Source: Podospora anserina
Lineage: Eukaryota
DNA length: 64,000 bases
Direction of reading: 5' to 3'
NCBI GenBank assembly: GCA_017654855.1
Contig: CM030336.1
Location: 2,232,001 to 2,296,000, forward strand
Shown: positions 10,272 to 21,191 of the stretch, piece after piece
Layout of the letters: every line of letters starts with the position of its first letter
Numbering within the stretch: the first letter of the stretch is position 1
Program-made: the position numbers and the translations under genes
Notes under the pieces: model-generated
Told to the model about the DNA's origin: nothing
Seen by the model: the letters and a program-made list of their open reading frames with translations, nothing else
Databases searched by the model: none

Positions 10272-11861
10272 ATGGCTTTCAAGAGGTTTTTCTGGGTCTC
10301 CTCGCTCATTTCGCTGGCCCTTGCTCAAGCGCAGAATAACAATCAAGGAGGTGCCACATTAGACCCAGAAGTCATTCAACAAGGCTCTTTTGTCGATGGC
10401 AAGAGCTCTTTGGGTGCCGAGGATGTTCAGGCAGCCTCAGCAACCTCCCAAAACAACTTCATCAACTTTTGCAAGGGGCAAACACTTACCAACGGTTTCC
10501 AAATCACGACCGGTTCTTGTAACGGCATTGGTATGTCAACGACACAGACAGATATCTTCATGAAGCGCTACTGACAAAGGCATGAATTAGTGATGGGTCA
10601 AATTCCTGCTAAAGACCGAATGATCTCCACCGTCATTACAAACCCAGCGAACGGTGCCACCATTCCGTCTAATCAAGACTTTGAGATTGTTGTTCAAGTT
10701 ACCAACCTCAATGCCGGAGCCTTTACGAACGCTGCTGTCACCTACTATTCCGCACCCCAGCAGTTGGATAACGGCAATATAGTGGGACATACTCATGTAA
10801 CCGTACAAGACACGGGTGCCGATCTGAACCCTCAACAACCAATGGACCCGCAACAGTTTGCCTTTTTCAAAGGTATCAACGACGCCGGTAACGGCCAGGG
10901 CAGACTTAGCGCTGCGGTGACCGGTGGCCTTCCGGCCGGAAACTACCGTGTCTGCACCCTGACAGCCGCAGCCAACCACCAACCAGTCATCATGCCTGTC
11001 GCCCAGCGCGGATCACAAGATGACTGTGTCAGATTCACCGTTACTGGTGACGGAAACACTCCGAACGAAGCCGCCAACAATGGCGCAAAGGGTCAGGCAG
11101 CAGCAGCTCTGGTTGCTGATGCTATTGCCCTCGGCCCCGGCGCCCCTAATCCGGGTGGCAATAATGCAGGAGGGAATGGTCAAGGAAACGGTCAAGGAAA
11201 CGGGCAAGGCAACGGGCAAGGCAACGGGCAAGGCAACGGGCAAGGCAACGGGCAGGGTAATGGGCAGGGTAATGGGCAAGGTAACGGGCAAGGTAACGGG
11301 CAAGGTAATGGGCAAGGTAACGGGCAAGGTAACGGGCAGGGTAACGGGCAGGGCAACGGGCAGGGTAACGGGCAGGGTAACGGGCAAGGGAATGGGCAAG
11401 GAAATGGGCAAGGAAATGGGCAAGGTAACGGGCAAGGTAACGGGCAGGGTAACGGGCAGGGCAACGGGCAGGGTAACGGGCAAGGAAATGGGCAAGGAAA
11501 TGCCGGAAATCCTGCCGGTGGTGATGCTGCTGGCGGGAATCCTGCCGGTGGTGATGCTGCTGGCGGGAATCCTGCCGGTGGTGATGCTGTTGCCGGGAAT
11601 CCTGCCGGTGTTGATGCTGCTGGTGGTAATGGTGGCGGCGGGAACGCGGCTGGCAACAACAATGCAAATGCTGGCAACAACAAGCAAGCAGATGGCCAGA
11701 ATAGGGAGGGCAAGGGAAAAGGGAAGGCCAACGGCAATGATAACGCCCAACAAGAACAAACAGGACAGGAAGGCCCAGCACTTGATCCTGCAGCGGCACC
11801 TACCCCTCCTGCGGCAGCTCGTCTTGCCCGTCTTGCTCGCCGTCGGAGATTCATCGCATAA
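10272..11861 (+). CDS. Putative secreted protein: signal peptide, Cys-containing globular domain of unknown function, (GNGQ)n and GNPAGGDAAG repeats, basic C-terminus
   Basis: Exon1 10272-10530 (MAFKRFFWVSSLISLALAQA, signal-like), 60-nt intron 10531-10590 (GTATGT...CTGAC...TAG), exon2 10591-11861. The junction gives SCNGIVMGQIP. Domain motifs NFINFC, GHTHVTVQ, FAFFKGIND, GNYRVCT, NHQPVIMPVAQRGSQDDC. Confidence 0.88.
11172..11495 (+). repeat. Coding minisatellite, 27 x 12 nt (GGN AAY GGN CAR) encoding GNGQ
   Basis: Directly visible. 324 nt / 12 = 27 units, with only synonymous variation. Confidence 0.97.
11505..11624 (+). repeat. Coding tandem repeat, 4 x 30 nt encoding GNPAGGDAAG-like units
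   Basis: GGNAATCCTGCCGGTGGTGATGCTGCTGGC repeated four times with few substitutions. Confidence 0.95.
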
Positions 11862-13041
11862 ACGCCACGCTCAAGTATGGCTATCAGGTAGGTAGCTATA
11901 TCGTATATACACCCTCACTCCCTGGTGGAATGGCAACGACGCCTGTTCATCCCAAATCCGCATGTGCTTGCAGATAGCTGTTGATATGACGGAGAGAAGA
12001 AGTTGGTGTGGAACAGGGGGAGGTAATAACGATTAAATTTTATAATATAGAGGGTTAGGGTTCTGATAAGTAGTTATAGTCTAGTCTAGGTAATAGACTG
12101 TATGTATTTTGGATTCGTTGCTTGATAATTAAGCTCGGAGGCATGACGCAAGATGCGTCTTCAAACGTAGAGCAGTGAACAGGGGCTTGGCAAGCCACCT
12201 GCAGTCTTACCAGACTCATTGGCCTCCCGTGCCTCCCACTGGTGGTTGGAGGAGGGGTTCAGGGCGCCATACGTCATCACACAAAGGCTCACGGGGACCA
12301 TGTTATGTTCTCGGCATGGAACTAGTTCGAGGCAGGCTGATTGCTGATTCTGGAGCTCACTTCACTTCCAGTCTTCTCCAGCAGCACTGGAGTCGATTGT
12401 GCATTTGATATCATCAGACTGGCAGCAGGGTCCTTCTCTCTCTGCACAACCATCTGTACAGGACAAGACGTCCATGAGTCGACCGGGGTGGCCAGTTCAT
12501 TTTTGGCCGACATCCCGATCAGCAGACAACGGAACCCCAGTCAATCAAAAAGGCCCCAAGGAACCCTGTCCAAGCCCAGCTCCTTTCCCGAAAGGGGCCC
12601 TCCGCCAAGCACTCTCAAGACGACGACGTCGTCGGTCGACATCACCGCCTAGACCCCCAAATCGCCATCCCCCATCCATCCAGCATAGGGATATCCGTAC
12701 ATCGCACCCGTCATCTCTTTTCGCTCGACCACTACTTTTCTGATCTATTGCGCCAGCCGCCAAAAACACAGCATACAAGATAATACCTATCTCCTTCTCT
12801 GCGTGAGACACCGTCCAGACCTGTGAAAGCATTCTGTGTCGCATGTACGCCCCATCGTCTCATTCTTGCTCTTCTTCCGCGCGCAGCGCACCCTGGCACC
12901 AGGAGGCAGCCGCTTCCCATCTGTACCAAGTACCGGAGCTAATAATTGGTGAACCAGCCCTCAGCGAGTCGACACCTGTGCGGCCAAACTCTAAAGCGCC
13001 TATATGTCTTCCCGTTGCACTTCGCATTAGCACCGACCACC

Positions 13042-15707
13042 ATGTCAACCAGCCGGTCTCCAGCTGGCGTCGTTTCCCCCCCTCCCCTCAGTCAGGACCG
13101 TGGATACGGCCCTTCAAACCATTTTCTTCAGCAGCAGCACGGCATGGAACAGGGCTATCCCACGGCTGCAGCAGACGCCGAGACCCTCTCCAATACCATT
13201 GCAAACTCCCATGTCGAACACGACAACCACCTTGACGGTCCCGTAGCCCCGCATCCGACCAAGTTTACCGAAGAGTGGGATGCTAGCCAGCGAGGAAGCT
13301 CCATTATTGACGGCCAGAGATATAGCAAGACCAGTAACCACGTCAACAACAGCGCGATGCAGCGGTCCAGTTCCTACGCCGGCTCCGTCGCCGGCATCAC
13401 CAACGATGGAGCGACATCTCTGTCTCGTGGCAACACCCTGAAGAAGAAGGCATCCATACGGAGGAGCGGCAGTCTGAAGCGAAGTAACAGCCGGCGGAGC
13501 ATGAAGGCAGGCAGTGTGAGGAGTCTTGCCCTTCAGCCAACGACAGACCAGGATGAACTTCACAGCGCTTTCTACTGCCCAGTGCCCACATCGGGTAGTC
13601 CGACTGAGGTTCTTGTGAACCGCTTTCAAGGTTAGTGCTTGTCTCGACCAGATCACCCATCCTTGCGATTGTGCTAACCTCATGCGTGAAGCCTGGCGCA
13701 AGATTCTCAAGGACTTGATCACATACTTTCGCGAAATCCAAGCACACTATGAACACCGAGCCAAGTCGCTAATCAAACTGGGCAATGTGCTGAACAATAT
13801 CACGACGCCTCCGGGCTTCATCGCGTCCGGTGGTCTCGATGACGCATTGCAGATTTTGCGAGGGCACAACAAACAAGCCATTATGGAGGCTAACAAGGCG
13901 AGAGAGATTGAGGAGGATGTCATCTTGGCACTGACCGGTCTGCGTAGCGACTTGCATCAGAAGATCAAAGAGATCAAGAACCTATCAGGCGACTTCAAGA
14001 ACTCGGTGGATAAAGAGATGGAGGCGACTCGCAAGGCTGTAAATCACCTACAGGACGTCTTGGGCCAAACCGAGCTCGACACGGCCTTGACAACTGGGAA
14101 GCAAGATCCTTATTTATTACGACTTAACGTTGACCGGCAGTTGGAGAAACAGATAGATGAGGAAAACTACCTGCATCAGGTAAGCCCCCCCTTGCAAGGC
14201 GGTGCGCAGAGTGATACTCACTGTTCCTATTCAAGGCATACCTAAACCTGGAGAACTCGGGGAAAGAACTCGAGTCGATTGTCGTCGGCGAGATCCAAAA
14301 GTCATACAACGCCTATGCCAGCATACTCAAGCGGGAAGCAGACTCTGCCTATGGGACCATCGAAGAGCTTCGGCTTGGTCCCATCACCCTGGCCAAGGAC
14401 GCAGAATGGCTATCTTTTGTCCACAGAGATGAACGCTTTGTTGACCCCGATCTTCCCATGCGGTCAGCTGAGTTCATACATTACCCAGGACGGGATCACT
14501 ATGCTTGCCAAGAGATTCGAGCGGGCTTGTTGGAACGGAAGAGCAAGTACTTGAAGAGCTACACAGCCGGATGGTATGTTCTTCTCTTGCCGAGACCACG
14601 TGTACAAGGTTTGTTTGTACTGACACATGCAGGTACGTTCTTTCACCCACGCATCTGCACGAGTTCAAATCTGCGGACAAGACACAAGCACCCGTCATGT
14701 CCCTCTACCTGCCGGAACAGAAATTGGGATCGCACTCCACAGAAGGCGGATCCTCGAATAAGTTCGTTCTCAAGGGCCGCCAGACAGGATCGATGCATCG
14801 TGGCCACACATGGGTATTCCGCGCGGAGAGCCATGATACGATGATGGCCTGGTACGAGGACATCAAAACTTTGACCGAGAGGACTCCGGAAGAGCGAAGC
14901 AATCTCGTGCGTGGCAACAGTCGAAGCATTAGCAGATCATCTCAACGGTCGTCTCTTAGCAGCGACGGGGTCGACGATGACGAAGACCCCCCCTTCATGG
15001 CAACTGCCGCATCCGTCAATCAGCAGCCGAGACCAGACTCCCTGCCTCGACGTCCTTCAGGTGGGCGATTCCCATCTGACCTCCAAGTAAACGCACAACG
15101 AGGCTTACAGGTCCCCCTCTCGCCGCTTAGCATAAGCTCCGAACCAAACAGATACGACGAGAACGATCGCGATGTCATTGTTGCAGCCAATACCATCCCC
15201 GGAAGTGAGCTAGGACCGCAATATCATACCCATCAGCATTTCGATACGTCATCGACAACTCGACGGAACGAGGACCTGCGCTCGCCGCCCATCCCCCAGA
15301 CCGGGACAACAACAGGCGCCTACGAGGAACCAAACGGACGTGTCGTTGGGTCTGCAAATAACCAAGTCTACACCAATGGAGGATCGGATTCTTATCAGAA
15401 AGATGGCATGGTGTGGGCAGAACCAGTTCCTATCTCGCCTTCCACGCTCAGAGATCAGGCTCAAACATTGTCCTCACGAGCCGATGCAGATGATCGACTC
15501 TATGCCACACAGAACATCTCGGTGACAGACGGCCAAGATGGCTACAAGTCGGAGCCTCGAGGGAACTGGTATGGGCAGGCCAATGGGGGTATAGCCCAAG
15601 ACGACCCGCAAGTACGACCAGGCGCCGAGCGAACAGACAGTGCCCCAACCATCTCACATCTACATATACCTGGGGAGTATCCCAAGAGTTCGACCAGCGG
15701 TTTTTGA
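13042..15707 (+). CDS. SLM1: Slm1/Slm2-like BAR-PH domain protein
   Basis: Exons ~13042-13630, 13692-14179, 14236-14573, 14633-15707. PTEVLVNRFQAWRKILKDLITYFREIQ (BAR start); GLLERKSKYLKSYTAGWYVLSPTHLHEFKS...HTWVFRAESHDTMMAWYEDI (PH domain). Confidence 0.85.
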
Positions 15708-16587
15708 TACCCTTGAAAGAATGTGAAAACTGGCTCGGAGGGTTTTCTTTTTGTGTTAATTGTTCTTTAATGGTCCTCTGGCGCAAACCGTCGAAGTTCA
15801 AGGCCCCTTTTATTCACTGTCAGTGGTGTCCAGCACCAGACTTTCCCTGCTAGTTGAAGATCCAACAGTCTCGGAGATGGCAGAATGTTATTGTTTATCC
15901 CCATTACCGCTCTTGGTATTAAATAACGAAGATATCTTTGTGATTGAAGATCGGATCTTGGACACTGCCATAGCTATTTGCCTCACCTTCTCATGTGATC
16001 CAGTCTCATTGCGAGTCTGCACCCTGACAGAGATGTATGCGCTGGTGTTCGTGTCGCTGTTTTGAGTTTGCAACCAACCTCCCAACCTCGCACCCGCCTT
16101 CATCAAGAGCCCTGAGCGCACTAGTCCCTCAGGCTTCTGTATATCTCGGGGAGGTTGGAGAGAAAAGAGACAAGATTTCATGCATCTCTGGGACACGCCC
16201 GATCCTCTTGTGATGGCGTGCGCTCGAACAGCCTCTGCGCTGCGCTATGTACATCGAGCTCTTCAAGTTCTGATCGTAGCCACGAATCCCGCCTTCTATT
16301 TAAACTAAGCCAGCCCATGGACCCCCAACCAACATATTGCCATCTTCCAGGCATGACCATCTGCTTTCAAGAAGGCTAGTGTGCCTCCAACTTCTTTCGT
16401 AGCGCTTCTCACACTCTCCTGTCAACATTGGTCTATCTCACTCCCGAATTCCATTCCTTAACTGCAACGTCCGACCAGCTAGATGCGTGTGTGAGGATAC
16501 AACCAGAGAACACCTGCCCTACAGCTTTCACTGGTCCTCTCTCTCCTCTGCTCACCTGTGACAAAATATACTCGCAAAGCAGAAACT

Positions 16588-19195
16588 ATGGGTACCAGAA
16601 AACCGTCCTGTTCTTGGGACGACCAGGCGGCGGTCGATGCTACGCAATGGGCAGTAGATGCCATGACCGTAGCGACTGAGTCGTTTCGACTGCAGTTCCA
16701 AGGTCAGTTTGGAGAGGCCAATGGCCGATCACGCCGGAACTCATCGAGCCTGGATGATGTTCTCTCCGAGCGCCGGGCCTCACGCCAACGTGGGCAAGTC
16801 CATGTGACTGGACGGCGGCCCGTCTCGGAGAGGCCTAACAACCTTGATGCAAACTACAAGGGGCCTCTCTCATCAAACCCGCCTTCTATGTCGTTCACCT
16901 CAGAGCCTCACGATCTACCCAGGTCACCCGACCCGACCGCTACACGACCAGTGCAGCGGCACATCGGCATCCACATCAGCAAAAACAGCGGGAGAAACAG
17001 GGCATCATCTCAGCCCTATCCCGCTTTTCACAGGCCTCTAACACCTCGTCAGTCATCTCAAAAAGAGCCTGAGCGTCACCACCCCTTGCCCTCCCTACCC
17101 CTTCATCCCGATCTTCGGGGTGATGAGGAAAACAGGGATAGCAAGCAGTTCTCCGTGCAACAGTACGATGCGGTGAACCCCGCGGATTCTCAGTCGACCA
17201 TGGTACCCCTGGAAGATGCAGAAACCGACACCACCTACCTTTCATCTTCCTTCTCCTCCACTGCCATCGCCAAGCCGAAAGCCTCTCACTTTTCCCCTCG
17301 GCGCAAATCCAGGGCCGCCTCCCGAGCCATGGTATCGTCCTCCTCCCCCTATCAATCCTCTGCCTCATCCACTCCAACCCGTCCTCGCTCACCTCCCCCA
17401 GCGGCTACCCAGTCCCCTTCCACCCGGCCAGACGTCCTCGTCTCCCCTTTTCACGAGATCCTCTTCGTCCTCCTCATCTGCCTAGCCCAGATTCTCATGC
17501 TTGCTGGTCTCGCCCAGGCCATGGTCCCCGCCTCGATCATCTCCCAGTCCTTTGGTGACTCCACTCCCGGCACCATGGCGTGGTACTCAGCCGCGTACGG
17601 CCTCACATCAGCAACATTCGTCCTTCCGTCTGGCCGTGTGGGCGATCTCTTTGGCCACAAAAAGGTGTTTGTCATTGGTTGGCTTTGGTTCGGCCTGTGG
17701 AGCTTGATTGCTGGGTTTTCTGGACACGCCGAGCGCAGCGCGGGCGAGGGGACGGTCTTCTTTTGTGTGGCGAGGGGGCTGCAGGGGATCGGACCGGCGC
17801 TGTTGGTGCCGAGCGGGCAGGCGTTGTTGGGCAGGATGTATCAGCCGGGGATGAGGAAGAATATGGTGCTCTGCCTGTTTGGGGCGTCGGCGCCGCTGGG
17901 GTTTGTCATGGGGGCTATCTTCTCGAGTTTGTTTGCAGTGCGAGGGAACTGGCCGTGGGCGTTTTGGCTGTTGGCCATCATGTGCTTTGTGCTCGCGGTG
18001 GTGAGCTTGTTCATCCTGCCGACTTCACGGGGTCAGTCTTGTCTGAAAGGGGGGGAGGGCTTGTGGTCACAGTTCGATGGATGGGGTATGATGCTCGGCG
18101 TCAGCGGGTTGGTGCTGCTGAACTTTGCATTCAATCAAGCTCCCAACGTCTCCTGGAAGACACCTTATACGTATTTCCTGTTGATCATTGGGTTGATCTT
18201 GATTGCTGCTTTCGTGTCTCATGAGTGGAAGGCGCCTTACCCCCTTATTCCTATCGCGGCCATGAAGCCGGCGACGAACTTTGTGTTGGGCTGTACGGGG
18301 GCTGGCTGGGGGTGTTTTAGTATTTGGATTTATTACACCTTCAATGTTGTTCAAAATCTGAAAGGATGGTCACCGTTGCTCGCTTCTGTGAGCTTCATTC
18401 CAGCGTACGTATCCCCTCAAGTTGTCCAGTCAACAAGGGAAAATGAAAAGAACTAACGAGATGTTGCGGTGTAAAGTCCGATATGTGGCCTTGCTGCCAG
18501 TATTCTGGTCGGATTCTTGATGTCGCGAGTCAAGCCTCACTGGATCATGTTGATATCCATGTGTGCATTCTTCATCGGAAGTCTCCTTCTCGCCACCGCA
18601 CCTGTCCATCAGAGCTACTGGTTCAGTACTTTTTTCGGGATACTTATCATGCCGTTTGTCAGTCACCTCTTCCTCCCATTCAACTAGGATATCTCCACTG
18701 ACACATCATGGTAGGGGATGGACATGAGTAATCCGGCGGTATGCTGTTCCAAGGTCCCTTTTCGGATCGTTGTTATGTACGAGATGACTTACTTTCTACC
18801 TAGGCCACCATTCTACTCAGCAATAGCGTTTCCAAAGAACACCAAGGCATCGCCGCAAGCTTGGTAGTAACGACGGTCAACTATTCGTATGTTAGCCTGA
18901 AAAAAGGGGTTGGAAACTAGTGTTGACTCTGGATGTAGGATTTCCCTTGCTCTTGGAATTGCGGGTACTATAGAAGTGGTATGTATGACCCTACTTGTGC
19001 TACACTGAGACAAATAGCTAAAGCCGCCACTAGCATGTCAATGAGACAGGCTATGAGCTCCTGAAGGGCTACAGAGCTGCTCAGTATTTCGGAACAGGCC
19101 TCGGCTTCTTGGGCGTGCTTCTGGCCTTGGGATTCTTGCTCCAGAGTTACCACCAGAAGCCACCTGTGGCATCATATCCGCTCCAGACGAGGTGA
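16588..19195 (+). CDS. MFS transporter, DHA2/Atr1-like drug:H+ antiporter with long hydrophilic N-terminus
   Basis: WYSAAYGLTSATFVLPSGRVGDLFGHKKVF (MFS motif A), ARGLQGIGPALLVP, GMDMSNPAATILLSNSV. Large exon1 followed by five short introns between ~18406 and ~19020; stop TGA at 19193-19195. Start codon uncertain. Confidence 0.85.
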
Positions 19196-19611
19196 AAGGG
19201 CTGTGGTGCGTGAGAGAAAGGCGAGGAAATGGCTGTGTGTAGTTAGTCGGCGTATAGATATGAAACCAAAAACAACAGGGAAGAGTCCGTCAATGACCAA
19301 AACGGCGTCCGCTATTTCAGGCTACGCTGGTACTTTGATGATGAATGTACAATCAATCCGAGCAGATGCAAAAATATTTTGCCATAAATGAAAGCAAAGA
19401 CCCAAGACCCTTCCCAAACGCCATTAAGCCAGCCCGAGTTCCGCAGACAACGCCATTGACGCGGTCGCTCCGCTCGATGATATAGACTGCCCGCCCCTTT
19501 TGCTACTCCTCCAATGCCGTGTACTGTACGAATTCTCGAGACATCCGAACAACCAGTGGCGACCTCCCCTTTTGTCGTCTCTAGTTTCCCTTTTTTGAGA
19601 ATATTTCTCCT

Positions 19612-20404
19612 TTACCGGCTGAAGCCTCCTCTGCCGCCACGAGAGAAACCACCACCTCCGCGGCCACCGCCTCCACGGCCGCCGAAACCGCTGCCGCCGC
19701 GGCCACCGCCACGACCACCGCCGAAACCACCGCCGCCGCGACCGCCGCCAAATCCACCACCACCGCGGCCACCGAATCCTCCCCTACCACCACGTCCACC
19801 GGGACCTCCACGACCACCGCGGGACGCGCCGCCACGGCTGGGCTTCTTGACTTTGCTGGCTCCCGGGGGAGGCTTAGGCTTGGGAAGGAACTTCTCGAGG
19901 GGCAGGAGCTTCTCGCCGGCAATGTAGAACTTGTCGCCAACCTTGAAGGAAGTGGCCTGGATGCCCTCGGTGGGCTTGATGGTGAAGTAAACCTGGTTGA
20001 TGGGACCGAGAACTTCGTCGACCTTGCCAACCGGAGTCTGCAGAATCAATTGTCAGTCTCCAGCTACGTCGCAGCTAACCACCGCGCGGTCGTGAACCAC
20101 CAGAGGAAAACCTACCTTGTTCTCTAGGTAGATAGGCGCGTTGAAGTGAGGAATCTTGGCATTGGTAGACTCGACGACCATTTCACCTTCGCAAGAATGA
20201 ATGAACTTGCCCATCTCGAGAACCTGAGCGGGAGGGCCCATATCGCGTTGTTGGAAGCCGCCGCGACCTGCAATTCGTTGGCAATTCATTAGTAACCTTG
20301 TCCTTTGCAATTCGCACACCTCGACAGTGAGACTGCTCACCTCCTCCACGGCCACCGAAACCACCACCGCCACCGCGGCCACGTGAACCCCCGCGAAACG
20401 ACAT
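19612..20404 (-). CDS. GAR1: H/ACA snoRNP subunit Gar1
   Basis: RGG-rich N- and C-termini flanking [21 protein letters not shown]...[35 protein letters not shown]. Exons 20404-20341, 20267-20116, 20037-19612. Confidence 0.96.
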
Positions 20405-21191
20405 TTTTTCTATTGTCCCGTCGTAATTATTGAACTGGCGACGGCTTGTGTTGCTGTTGTGGGGTTGAGGTTGGTGTCTGTGTCGCAACCTTCAACTTTT
20501 CGTTATGGAGATCGAACGAAGCTCGAAAACAATTAATTTTTCGGACCTGCAGAATCGAAAGCGGTCAAAAATTTTGCCGTATCAATCCGCAGGGGTGTGC
20601 CCCACTTGCTGCCGTCTCCTGCCACCCCGCGCTACCGAATGCCAAGGCCCGGTTTGGACCCAGCAGTGGGAACACGCACTGTATAGAGACCGCTGAAGTC
20701 GTCGTCTCAGCCAGCCAAGCGTCAGCAATACCACCCAAAAGAGTAGTGGCCAGATTTGTTTCTACCGTTGTGCACACAGTACGAAGAAAGTCTTGCCTCG
20801 ATATCCAAGTCCCCAGATCTATCTCCGGACACGGTAACGTCTAGAACTTGCTTCCATCTCATCTTGGTGCAAGCCTCCAAAAAGGACAACTTGTCACATA
20901 ATACCGGGGCTTTCAGCCACTGGACCTTATTTTTACTCCTCCTGCCCATTCACTGCTTTGCAGGCTTTAATCCAACAATCGAATGCCTGTTCCGATCTTC
21001 CATGCTTCCTAACTTGCTCTTCCTAGCTGCCCCGTTGATGCTCGTCGTCTGACCGCGCCTTGCGCTGCCTGCGCCCCCGACTACACACACATCTGCCTGA
21101 CACATAGACGTCTCGTTTAAACCGTCGTTAAATTCCACGATACCCTTTGTAATTCGAACACACTCTGGTCTTTCGCAACAACCTCCCCGTC

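Noticed and set aside
11172..11624. Regular repeat array as a CRISPR-like locus
   Set aside because: No unique spacers, it lies in a coding exon of a eukaryotic gene, and there are no cas genes.
11013..11895. Long alternative-frame and antisense ORFs (LPVT, PCPL, ARYL, GKVT repeats)
   Set aside because: Shadows of the stop-free 12-nt repeat. Only the GNGQ frame shows purely synonymous variation and joins a spliced gene.
19514..19927. Pro-rich plus-strand ORF
   Set aside because: Antisense shadow of the GAR1 RGG repeats.
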